Positions 10,776 to 19,338 of a DNA stretch of 64,000 bases are shown one piece after another; positions within the stretch are counted from its first letter, which is position 1; the number at the start of each line of letters is the position of its first letter. The notes under the pieces were generated by a model. That model searched no databases, was not told the origin of the DNA, and saw only the letters and a list, made by a program, of their open reading frames with translations. A program made the translations under genes and the position numbers. Source of the stretch: Kiritimatiellia bacterium (GTDB lineage Bacteria > Verrucomicrobiota > Kiritimatiellia > JAAZAB01); assembly GCA_040767085.1 (NCBI GenBank), contig JAXGPF010000013.1, positions 129,093 to 193,092 on the forward strand, read 5' to 3'.

Positions 10776-12059
10776 ATGCCGTGGTTTGTCGTCGAAAAGG
10801 AATCGGTATCCAAGGCTGAAATGCTGGATCTGGCGGAGCGGGCGGCGGCGGAGGCGTTGCGCCGGATCTGCCCCAACCCGAAACGCGTTTTGCTGCTTCC
10901 GCCGGACATTACCCGCGCGCATTGCGGCGCCGGCTGGATTACCAACCGGTTTTACCACATTTTCGCCCAAATGGCGGAAGTGCACCTGATTCCGACGCTG
11001 GGGCAGCATGTGCCGCATACCCCGGAACAGAATGCCTGGATGTTCGGCGATATCCCTGAAGAACGCATCCACGCCCACGACTGGCGTTCCGGGTCGAAAG
11101 TCATCGGCGAAGTCCCGGCCGGGTTCGTGAAGGATGTTTCCCGGGGCAAGGCCGATTGGCCGATCCCGGTCTCGCTGAACCGGATGCTTTTGGAGGGCAA
11201 GTGGGACTTGATCGTCAATATCGGGCATATCGTTCCGCACGAGGTGCTGGGATTCGCCAACCACAATAAAAACTACTTTATCGGCCTGGGCGGCAAGGAC
11301 ATGATCTGCGCCTCGCATATCATGGCGGCATGCTGCGGCATTGAAAACAACCTGGGCCGGATCACCACCCCCTTGCGCGCCTGTTACAACAAGGCCGAGG
11401 CGGATTATCTCGGCCATTTACCCGACCTGTTCTTCCAGGTGGTCATGGCCTACAATCAAGAGGGGCGTTTGAACCACACCGGCGTGTATGTCGGCGACGA
11501 CGTGGAAACCTATTTGCGCGGCGCGCAGGCATCGCGGCAACAGAACATAACCGTGACGCCGCCGCTGCAAAAGGTGGTGGCCGTGATGCAGGGCGACGAG
11601 TTCCACAGCACCTGGGTGGCCAACAAGGCGATTTACCGCACCCGCATGGCCATGGCCGATGGCGGGGAACTGCTCATCATCGCGCCGGGCTTGCAACGGT
11701 TCGGCGAGCAGCCGGATGTGGACGCCCTGATCCGCCGATACGGCTACCGCGGCACGCCGCGCATCATGCAGTTATGGAAAACCGAACCCGTGCTGCAGGA
11801 CCTGACCCATGGCACCGCCCACCTCATTCACGGTTCGTCCGAGGGCCGGTTCAAAATCACCTACGCGCCGGGACACCTGACCGCCGATGAAATCCATGGC
11901 GTGGGGTATGAATACGCCGACCTGGCCGCTATGCAGGCGCGGTATCATCCGGACCGGATGAAATACGGATTCAACACCATGCCGGACGGCGAGACGGTGT
12001 ATTACATTGCCACGCCGTCGGCGGGATTGTGGAGCACGCGCGAACGCCTGGGCGCCTGA
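10776..12059 (+). CDS. Lactate racemase (LarA/DUF2088) family nickel-pincer epimerase
   Basis: PPDITR, TLGQH, PHEVLGFANHNK (His and Lys 10 apart, as in LarA H174/K184), ANKAIY..MAMADGG; AAGGAG RBS. Confidence 0.8.
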   Translation: MPWFVVEKESVSKAEMLDLAERAAAEALRRICPNPKRVLLLPPDITRAHCGAGWITNRFYHIFAQMAEVHLIPTLGQHVPHTPEQNAWMFGDIPEERIHAHDWRSGSKVIGEVPAGFVKDVSRGKADWPIPVSLNRMLLEGKWDLIVNIGHIVPHEVLGFANHNKNYFIGLGGKDMICASHIMAACCGIENNLGRITTPLRACYNKAEADYLGHLPDLFFQVVMAYNQEGRLNHTGVYVGDDVETYLRGAQASRQQNITVTPPLQKVVAVMQGDEFHSTWVANKAIYRTRMAMADGGELLIIAPGLQRFGEQPDVDALIRRYGYRGTPRIMQLWKTEPVLQDLTHGTAHLIHGSSEGRFKITYAPGHLTADEIHGVGYEYADLAAMQARYHPDRMKYGFNTMPDGETVYYIATPSAGLWSTRERLGA

Positions 12060-12078
12060 AGGCAGCGCTGATTTAATA

Positions 12079-13008
12079 ATGATTACAAGCGCCAAAAAGC
12101 GCTGGTCCGGATGCCTGGCCATGATGCTGGCCCTGGCCATGTTGGCCGCCTGCCGGCCGGCCTCGCCGCCGCGCTCCCGCGCGGCGCCGGCGCAGGCGCC
12201 GCGGCGCATCGTCTCGCTCTCGCCTGCCATCACGGAAATATTGTTCGCCATCGGCTGCGGCGAGTGGGTGGTTGGCGTCACCTCGTTTTGCAAATATCCG
12301 CCGGCGGCCGCGGCGCTGCCGAAAGTCGGCGGGTTTTACGATACCAATTACGAATTGGTGATGTCGCTCCGGCCGGACCTGGTGCTGCACACCATCGAGC
12401 ATGAAGCGGCGGCGCAAAACCTGCAGGCGCTGGGGCTGGAGTGCCAGGCGTTGTCGCTCTTGTCATTGCCGGATATCATGGCGTCCATCCGCCGGGCGGG
12501 CGAACTGTGCCATGCCGCGGCACCGGCGGCAGCGCTGGCGGATGACGTTCAGGCGCGGATGGATGCCGTTCGCGCCCGGATTCCCCCCGGCGCGCCGGCG
12601 CCGGCAGTCCTGGTTTGCATTGGCCGCAACATGGGGACAGGCGGGCTGTCGGATGTGTACCTGGCCGGGCCGGGCACGATTTACGGCGAAATGCTGCAAT
12701 TGCTCGGGGCGCGCAATGTCTATCAAGGCCGCCTGGCTTACGCCCAGGTCGGGCGGGAGGGCATTTTGCGGATGAACCCGGACGTGATTATTGATCTGGC
12801 CCCGGATTTGAACATTACCAATGCCGCTGCCCGCGCGCAATTCCAAGCCGATTGGAACAAGCTGACCTCCGTGCCGGCCGTCAAGCAGCGCCGGGTATAT
12901 GTGCTGGGTGGCGATTATGTCTGCATCCCGGGGCCGCGTATTGCCCGGACCCTGGCGGACCTGGCGGCGGCCATCTATCCCGGCGGTGCGCCGGAGGAGG
13001 CGCCATGA
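12079..13008 (+). CDS. ABC transporter substrate-binding lipoprotein, BtuF/helical-backbone type
   Basis: Lipobox LAAC, RIVSLSPAITEILFAIG..VVGVTSFCKYP, LRPDLV, NPDVII, PGPRI. Confidence 0.88.
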   Translation: MITSAKKRWSGCLAMMLALAMLAACRPASPPRSRAAPAQAPRRIVSLSPAITEILFAIGCGEWVVGVTSFCKYPPAAAALPKVGGFYDTNYELVMSLRPDLVLHTIEHEAAAQNLQALGLECQALSLLSLPDIMASIRRAGELCHAAAPAAALADDVQARMDAVRARIPPGAPAPAVLVCIGRNMGTGGLSDVYLAGPGTIYGEMLQLLGARNVYQGRLAYAQVGREGILRMNPDVIIDLAPDLNITNAAARAQFQADWNKLTSVPAVKQRRVYVLGGDYVCIPGPRIARTLADLAAAIYPGGAPEEAP

Positions 13009-13790
13009 CCGCGCCCCTGGTGCAAATACGCGGCTTGGGCCTGCGGCTTGACGGCAAAGATATCCTCCAGGCGCTTGACCTCGAGGTCTGGCCGGGCGAA
13101 TTCCTGGCGCTGGTTGGCCCGAATGGCGCCGGCAAAACCAGCCTGATCAAGTGCCTGGCCGGCCTGCATCGCGCCTGGAGCGGCGAGATCATGCTGTCCG
13201 GCCGGAATTTGCGCCGGTACAGCCGCCGCGCGCTGGCTTGCCGGATCAGTTGCGTTTCCCAGGCGGAAGAGGCAGACATCCCATTCACCTGCCTGGAATT
13301 CGTTCTGATGTCGCGCTACCCGCATTTGTCGCCGTTCACCACCTTGCGCGCGGCCGACCGTGAATTGGCCGCGCAAGCCCTGGCATTGACCGGCATGCAG
13401 CATCTGCGCGACCGCCGGCTGGACACGCTCAGCGGCGGCGAACGCCGGATGGCGATGATTGCCGCCGCGCTGGCGCAAGGCGCGGAGCTGATGCTGCTGG
13501 ACGAGCCCACGGCCTTTCTGGACTACCAACATCAGCGCCAGGTATTGCAACTGCTGGGCGATTTGAACCGCCGGCGCGGTTTGACGGTGATTGCCGCGCT
13601 GCATGACATCAATGCCGCCTGCCGCTGGAGCGCGCGGGTGGCCGCCTTGCGGGGCGGTCGGCTGGTGTCCTGTACGCCGCCGGCCGATTTGCTCCAGCCG
13701 GAAGCGTTGCGCGCGGTTTACGATGCTCCGTTCAGTTTTGCCCGGCTGCCGGACGGCCGGCCGCTGGCCGTAGTGGAGGATGTTTCGTGA
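13005..13790 (+). CDS. ABC transporter ATP-binding protein, BtuD/FecE type
   Basis: GPNGAGKT, LSGGE, LLDEPT, LHDIN; ATGA overlap with the upstream stop. Confidence 0.92.
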   Translation: MTAPLVQIRGLGLRLDGKDILQALDLEVWPGEFLALVGPNGAGKTSLIKCLAGLHRAWSGEIMLSGRNLRRYSRRALACRISCVSQAEEADIPFTCLEFVLMSRYPHLSPFTTLRAADRELAAQALALTGMQHLRDRRLDTLSGGERRMAMIAAALAQGAELMLLDEPTAFLDYQHQRQVLQLLGDLNRRRGLTVIAALHDINAACRWSARVAALRGGRLVSCTPPADLLQPEALRAVYDAPFSFARLPDGRPLAVVEDVS

Positions 13791-14785
13791 AACCAATGTC
13801 CCGCCTGTGGATTCTGATCTTGCTGGGGCTGATGGCGGCGGGTGTCATCTGCGCGGCGCCCATGCTGGGCATGGATTTCATACCGCTGCATACCTTGCTG
13901 ACCGCGCCGGAAAGCCTGGCGGCGTCGGTGCTCCGCGATATCCGCCTGTCGCGCGTTTTGACCGCCTTCTGCGTCGGCAGCGCGCTGGCATTGAGCGGGG
14001 CGGCGTTTCAAAGCATGTTCCGCAATCCGCTGGCCACGCCGTTCACCCTGGGGGTGGCTTCCGGCGCGGCGTTCGGCAGCGCCATGTATATCCGGCTCGG
14101 GTCAAAAATTCTACCGGCCGGCGTGAATGGCGTCGCCCTGGCCGCCTTCGCCGGCAGCCTGCTGGCCATCGGGTTGGTTTACGGCCTGACCCGGCTGCGG
14201 CGCGGGTTTTCCACGGCCACGTTGCTGCTGGCGGGTGTGGCGGTGAGTTTTTTCTTTTCCAGTCTGATAATTTTCGTCCAATACATCAGCGGCCTGGGCC
14301 ATTCCTTCCGGATCATGCGGTGGATGATGGGGTCGGTGGAGACCGCCGGCTTTGCGCCGGTATTGGGATTATTACCGTTTATCCTGCCGGGCGCGGCCAT
14401 CATCTTCCTGCTCTGCCGGGAATTGAATCTGCTGGCGCTGGGCGACGACTTGGCTGCCAGCCGCGGGGTGGATGTGAACCGCGTGAAGCAATTGGTTTTT
14501 TTCGCCGCCTCGCTCATGGTCGGCGGAGTGGTGGCGGTATGCGGTCCGATCGGGTTTGTCGGGATGATGGCGCCGCATGCCTGCCGGATGCTGCTGGGGC
14601 ATGACCACCGGTTTCTGTTGCCGGGGGCCTTGCTGGCCGGCGGCATCTTCCTGGTGATTTGCGATACATTGGCGCGCACCATGGTGGCGCCGCTGGAAAT
14701 CCCCGTGGGTGTGATCACCGCGCTGCTGGGCGGGCCGTTTTTCCTGTGGATCATGCTGACCCGGTCCGACCGCGCGGGCAGGTAG
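13787..14785 (+). CDS. ABC transporter permease, BtuC/FecCD family
   Basis: IRLSRV, FRNPLATPFTLGVASGA, LGDDLAASRGV, GPIGFVG, EIPVGVITALLGGPFF. Confidence 0.92.
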   Translation: MKPMSRLWILILLGLMAAGVICAAPMLGMDFIPLHTLLTAPESLAASVLRDIRLSRVLTAFCVGSALALSGAAFQSMFRNPLATPFTLGVASGAAFGSAMYIRLGSKILPAGVNGVALAAFAGSLLAIGLVYGLTRLRRGFSTATLLLAGVAVSFFFSSLIIFVQYISGLGHSFRIMRWMMGSVETAGFAPVLGLLPFILPGAAIIFLLCRELNLLALGDDLAASRGVDVNRVKQLVFFAASLMVGGVVAVCGPIGFVGMMAPHACRMLLGHDHRFLLPGALLAGGIFLVICDTLARTMVAPLEIPVGVITALLGGPFFLWIMLTRSDRAGR

Positions 14786-14854
14786 GGGGTTGCGGCAGGC
14801 GCCCGCGCTTCCGGGCGCCTGCCTTTGGACAACGGTTATTCGAGGTCCAGCCGG

Positions 14855-16468
14855 TTATTTGAGGTCCAGCCCAAGCAGCGCCTGTCCCGGCGCCGGGTTC
14901 AACACCAGCCGTTCCCCCGCTGGCTCCTCGGCGTCTGTTAATTCCATGACCATGCTGGCGCCGCCATCGCCGGCCTGCGCGAGCAGCAGGTTGCCCGCCA
15001 GGCTGCGAACAATCCAGCCGGGGATGGCATCGGCAACCACGGTGTAGCCGGCCAGATGCCCGGCGCCGTCTAATTGCGCGATCGCGGCCGCGCCGCCGTC
15101 GCCGGCCTGCGCCAGCAGCCGGTTGCCGTCCAGGTCCCGCGCAATCCAGCCCGGCACCGCATCGGCTACCATGATAAAATCACCCAGCGCATAGCCGGGG
15201 CCGAATGCCTGGATGCCCACCATGCCGCCGTCGCCGGCCTGCGCCAGGATCCGGTTGCCGTCCAGCGCGCGGGCGATCCAGCCCGGCACGGCATTGGCCA
15301 GCATGACGATGTTGGCGGGTTGGCTGTTGGCATCCAGTTCGACGATGGCGACCGCGCCGCCGTCGCCGGCCTGCGCCAGCAGCCGGTTGCCGTCAATGCC
15401 GCGGACAACCCAGCCGGGCGCGCTGTCCGTCACCGCGGCCAGGCGCAGGGTCTGGCCTTGATCGTTCAGTCCGATGAGCGTCAGGGCGCCGCCCGGGCCG
15501 GCCTGGGCGATCAGGCGCAGTGTGCGCGCGGCGTTGATGGCAAAGACGCCCTCCGACGTGCTGGCGTAAATTGCGCCGTCACGCAGGCGCACGGTGTCCA
15601 GGCGCTCATCCGCGCGGGCCACTACCTCGTAGCCGATGCAAAGGCCGTTCAACACCAGCAGCCGGTGCAATTCGCTGGGAGCGGCAAAGGAAGTGGCGGC
15701 GGACAGGATGTGTCCATCGGGATCGGCCTGGATGCCGGTGCAGCCGTCGCCGGCCGCCAGCAGTGTCCAGCGATGGCCGTCGGGCTGCAAGGGCGCGCCC
15801 GAGGGATCGGCCAGGGCGGCGGCGACTTCCGCGGCGCTCCAGCGATACAGCGTGGGTCCGGCGGTGTTATACCCCTCCGTGTAGAAAAGATTGCCATCTG
15901 CGTCGAAAGCCAGCGGGCCGCTGGCATTGCCGATGATGCCGAGGTTGACTGGCGGGTTGTTGACCAGGTCGCCGTTAGCGTCCAGCGCGCTCTGGTAAAT
16001 CGCGGCATCGGTGCCGCCCGCGGCCCAGAAGTCGCTGCCATCGCGCGTTTCCAGGCCCCAGAGGTCGGCGGCAATGCCCAGGTTGGTTGGCGCTTCGGCG
16101 CCCGCCGGGTTATACCGGAAATAATTGTAATTCCAGTTGTCGTAATTGCCGCCGTCGTTGAAGTAGATCATCCCGCCGATGGCGGTGACCCGCGAGCCGG
16201 AAAAGGAGTTGGTGTCCTGATACAATATTTCCGCCGCGGCGCCGTCATAACGGTAAACGGCAAATCCCAGGTCCCAGAAAGGGTGGCGGGTGGAGTAAAA
16301 CAGGTTGCTGGCGGCGTCCCAGTCGAAAGATACCAGGGCGGCATCGGGGTGGGGATTGGCGTAATAGGATTCAGCTTGATAGCCAATCCCGGGGATGAAT
16401 GCTGCGCAAACCATGCCGGCCTGCGCGGCCAGCCCAATACTGACGAACCACTTGATCGCTTGCTTCAT
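14855..16468 (-). CDS. Exported hypothetical protein; propeller-like N-terminus and five 44-aa C-terminal repeats
   Basis: Signal peptide MKQAIKWFVSIGLAAQAGMVCA; GPLAFDADGNLFY; repeated LLAQAGDGG...PGWI.R.LDGN. Confidence 0.75.
   Translation of the reverse strand: MKQAIKWFVSIGLAAQAGMVCAAFIPGIGYQAESYYANPHPDAALVSFDWDAASNLFYSTRHPFWDLGFAVYRYDGAAAEILYQDTNSFSGSRVTAIGGMIYFNDGGNYDNWNYNYFRYNPAGAEAPTNLGIAADLWGLETRDGSDFWAAGGTDAAIYQSALDANGDLVNNPPVNLGIIGNASGPLAFDADGNLFYTEGYNTAGPTLYRWSAAEVAAALADPSGAPLQPDGHRWTLLAAGDGCTGIQADPDGHILSAATSFAAPSELHRLLVLNGLCIGYEVVARADERLDTVRLRDGAIYASTSEGVFAINAARTLRLIAQAGPGGALTLIGLNDQGQTLRLAAVTDSAPGWVVRGIDGNRLLAQAGDGGAVAIVELDANSQPANIVMLANAVPGWIARALDGNRILAQAGDGGMVGIQAFGPGYALGDFIMVADAVPGWIARDLDGNRLLAQAGDGGAAAIAQLDGAGHLAGYTVVADAIPGWIVRSLAGNLLLAQAGDGGASMVMELTDAEEPAGERLVLNPAPGQALLGLDLK
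14860..15520 (-). repeat. Intragenic tandem repeat, 5 x 132 nt
   Basis: GCCGGCCTG(C/G)GC anchor at 14969, 15101, 15233, 15365 and 15497. Confidence 0.85.
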
Positions 16469-16592
16469 GTTTTACGGATTCCCTGTGTGTTTTACGGATT
16501 GTGCGGCAATCAATTTAATAGGCGTTGGCTGCGGTTTGTGTCTGGTCCTGCGTTCCCTCCTTCTTGGACTTAACTATGGTCTGTCCGGTGAA

Positions 16593-18833
16593 TCAATCCG
16601 CGGTTATCCGGTCCAACCAGATGGACGCCGCGGCGTCCAGGTCGAAGCCGGCCTTGGCGTCGCCGCGGTCGGCGGCGTTCATTTCCTCGGGATGATGAAT
16701 CAGATCGCCATCGGCATCCGCCAGCCAGCGGTTGCCGGTGGATTGAATGCGCACAAAGCGAATCCAATCCAGACCCAGTTCCCCGATATCGAAAGAATCG
16801 CCGCCCGAGACGGCGGGGTCCGTGGGGTCCGGGTCCAGGCCGTTGCTCATGACGGGATTAACGCCGGCGAAACCGGTGTGATAGCAATAAGGATGGCGGA
16901 GGTTGAGTTGGCCGGTGGCCGGATCGTACCGCGGCGAAAAATCGGCGGGGAATTGATGCCAGGCCAGGCCATCCTGGCTGACCGACACCAGGGCCGGCTC
17001 CATGAACCGGGTGGTCGGATCGAGCGCGCCGGCCGCGCCGTTGACATAGAACACGTTTTCAAAAATGGTGAAATCGGCGCCCGGCCCATTCCACACGGTA
17101 TTGTCGGCGAATTCCAGCGTGATGACTCCGCCATACGGAGCGGCGGCGCCGCCGTCATCGTTGCTGGCGGCGCCCAGCGAGACGATATCCGCCGAGCCGT
17201 GCGCCAATCCCGCGCCGCGGGGCGCGCCCAGGACGATGCCCGGGAGTTCGGCGGCCCGGAAGGCATTGGGGTGGAGCAATCGCGCGTCCGCCACGCGGTC
17301 GGCGAATGGTTCGGCGTCCGGCGGCAGGCGGACTTGCAGGATCGGCGGCGGCGCCCCGGTGACTGCCAGGCCGGATTCTTCGAGGAAAGCAGTGTAATAA
17401 TAGACGCCCGCGGCGAGATTCTCGTCCAGGCATTCTGTTCCGGCGCCGTAATAGATGGCAACGCCGTCCGTTGGCTGCAGCGGGGGCGCGCCGGCGCTTC
17501 TGACAATCCGGGCTGCGGCGTTAATGCTGTTTTCCGGCAAGTCCCAGGTCAGCGCCACGCGGGTGCGGCTCAAAAAAGCTGTCAGATTGGATATTCTGCC
17601 CGGCGTGGCCGGCAGTACCTGCAGGATGAATTGCACGGCGTCGGACTGACCCGCGGCGTCTTGCACGCTGACAGCAATTTCGTAGGCGCCGACGGCGGAG
17701 GGTTCGCCCGCGAAAGCGCCATCCGGTGAGAACCAGAGTCCGGGCGGCGGCGCTCCGGCAATGCTCCAGGTGTAGGGTTCAAGGCCGCCCGCTGCCTGGA
17801 AGGCATACGCGAACGATTGGCCTTGGCGGATGGGCGCGGCCGGGACTTCCAGGATATCGGGGGCGGCGCGGACGCGCAGAGTAAATTCCCGGGCAACGCT
17901 TTGCTGGGCATCGTGCAGCCAGACCATGACCGGCATATCGGCAGGCGGGGCGTTGCTGTCAATTTCCCCGAAAATTTCGCCGGTAATTTGGTTCAGGATG
18001 AAGGCGCCCCAGGTTGACAAATCGCCCTCGGCGCTCCAGGTGTACGGCGGGATGCCGCCCGCCGCTTCAAGTTGGCAGCAATAATATCCGCCCGGCGCGG
18101 CCGCCGGCAGGATAGGCGTCAGAATCTCGAGCGGATTCTCCGGCGCAATGGTCAGGACGTATTCCGCCATGTCGCCGGCGCCGCGGCTGTCGGCTACCGC
18201 CAGGCGGAAAACCGCCGATGCCGGAGTGTCGGCGATCCCGGTCAGGCGGCCGCTGATATCCAGCGCCAATCCCGGCGGCAGCGTGCCGGCGGCGATTTGC
18301 CACTGGTACGGCGGTTGGCCGCTGGCAGCCGCGAATTGAACGGAGTAGGGCTCGTTCACCCGGCCCGGCGGCAGGGCGCCGGTGGTAATGTACACAAGAT
18401 TGGTGCCGCCGCCGACGGTTGGAATCCATTTGCCGCCACGGCGGATGGCGCCGAACCGTTCACGGATGGCGGCTTCCTTGGCCGGCTCCTCCAACGGGAG
18501 TCCGCCGGCCTCCGCCTGAAGTTGCATTGCCGGGGCATTGGAAACTTCCGGCGGAAATGCGCCGCCATCGGGATTTTTGGCCGCAGGTGCGGCCGGCACA
18601 GCCGCGGCCTGGTCCGGCGCGCTGGAAAGAGTTTGGGCGGCGGTGCGCTCCAGGGTGGATATTTCATCCGGCAAGCCGCCGGCGCCCGCCGATGCATCCG
18701 CTGGCAAAACCGGGCCGGCGCCGGCGCCCTGGCTGAAGTTGCCCGAGAGCAGGCAGGCGCAACCCATCAGGCCGGCAATGCCGGCCATGCCGGCCAGGTA
18801 AAATTTGATTGTCCGCTTTGCCGCGGCGCGCAT
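16593..18833 (-). CDS. Surface protein with putative Ig (He_PIG-like) repeats and a C-terminal cell-surface domain
   Basis: Hydrophobic N-terminus with LMGC; Ala/Pro linker; three repeats of GxxPYxW..G.LPPGL; C-terminal VSLG..GGVITLEF..NGPGADFTIFEN..VSVSQDG..GGDSFD; start moved to 18833 because the upstream part is riboswitch leader. Confidence 0.8.
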   Translation of the reverse strand: MRAAAKRTIKFYLAGMAGIAGLMGCACLLSGNFSQGAGAGPVLPADASAGAGGLPDEISTLERTAAQTLSSAPDQAAAVPAAPAAKNPDGGAFPPEVSNAPAMQLQAEAGGLPLEEPAKEAAIRERFGAIRRGGKWIPTVGGGTNLVYITTGALPPGRVNEPYSVQFAAASGQPPYQWQIAAGTLPPGLALDISGRLTGIADTPASAVFRLAVADSRGAGDMAEYVLTIAPENPLEILTPILPAAAPGGYYCCQLEAAGGIPPYTWSAEGDLSTWGAFILNQITGEIFGEIDSNAPPADMPVMVWLHDAQQSVAREFTLRVRAAPDILEVPAAPIRQGQSFAYAFQAAGGLEPYTWSIAGAPPPGLWFSPDGAFAGEPSAVGAYEIAVSVQDAAGQSDAVQFILQVLPATPGRISNLTAFLSRTRVALTWDLPENSINAAARIVRSAGAPPLQPTDGVAIYYGAGTECLDENLAAGVYYYTAFLEESGLAVTGAPPPILQVRLPPDAEPFADRVADARLLHPNAFRAAELPGIVLGAPRGAGLAHGSADIVSLGAASNDDGGAAAPYGGVITLEFADNTVWNGPGADFTIFENVFYVNGAAGALDPTTRFMEPALVSVSQDGLAWHQFPADFSPRYDPATGQLNLRHPYCYHTGFAGVNPVMSNGLDPDPTDPAVSGGDSFDIGELGLDWIRFVRIQSTGNRWLADADGDLIHHPEEMNAADRGDAKAGFDLDAAASIWLDRITAD

Positions 18834-18870
18834 AAAAAAACCTCCAGGCTCCCGTGAAAGAGTCTGAAGG
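18834..18870 (-). terminator. Riboswitch expression platform: hairpin plus U7, with the GGAGG SD inside the stem
   Basis: Minus strand CCTTCAGACTC-tttcacgg-GAGCCTGGAGG-TTTTTTT-ATG. Confidence 0.75.
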
Positions 18871-18952
18871 CATTGAGAACACTGCGCGCCTGTCATTCTC
18901 CTTTCATGCGAAGGAGCCGCGGCGGCGCCAAGCGCCGCCCAATAACAGCGTG

Positions 18953-19180
18953 TTAAACAACGTCTCCTGACTTCCGGCTTCCAGCCTAATCCTTCGCCTT
19001 CCCCCGCCATTCAAAGCGGGGTGGCCAATGAAGTTTCGCCGCGTCATCCCGAGCGCCAAGGGCGGATCGGGATAAGCGGTCACGTTCCTCGCGCGCGCAG
19101 GCGCAGCGGGATTGCGTGATAGCCGGTCACAGTGGCGCGACCGTATCCGATTTGCACGGATTTCCGTTTGTTTCCCACGA
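18953..19180 (-). ncRNA. Cobalamin (B12) riboswitch
   Basis: Minus strand AAACGGAAATCCGTGCAAATCGGATACGGTCGCGCCACTGTGA ... GCCAC ... GGGAAGG ... AGCCGGAAGTCAGGAGAC follows the conserved block order of the cobalamin aptamer, including the B12 box. Confidence 0.9.
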
Positions 19181-19300
19181 AAAATTCTGCCAAAGAACAA
19201 TGTGAATTAATACGGGAGGGATATAAAACCAAGCCGGCGGATTTGTCAAGCAAAATTAACAGCAAAAAATAACAGCAGAAATAACAGCATGGCGTTGCGC

Positions 19301-19329
19301 TTGACACGGCCGTCCGGCTAAATTATTGT
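19301..19329 (+). promoter_or_regulatory. Sigma70-type promoter of the regulator (divergent TTGACA on the minus strand at 19244-19249 for the riboswitch transcript)
   Basis: TTGACA-N17-TATTGT, 9 nt before ATG at 19339. Confidence 0.55.
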
Positions 19330-19338
19330 GCATAACTG

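Noticed and set aside
18834-19010. 59-codon N-terminal extension of the Ig-domain ORF
   Set aside because: It overlaps the riboswitch and terminator; the SD and leader fit ATG at 18833.
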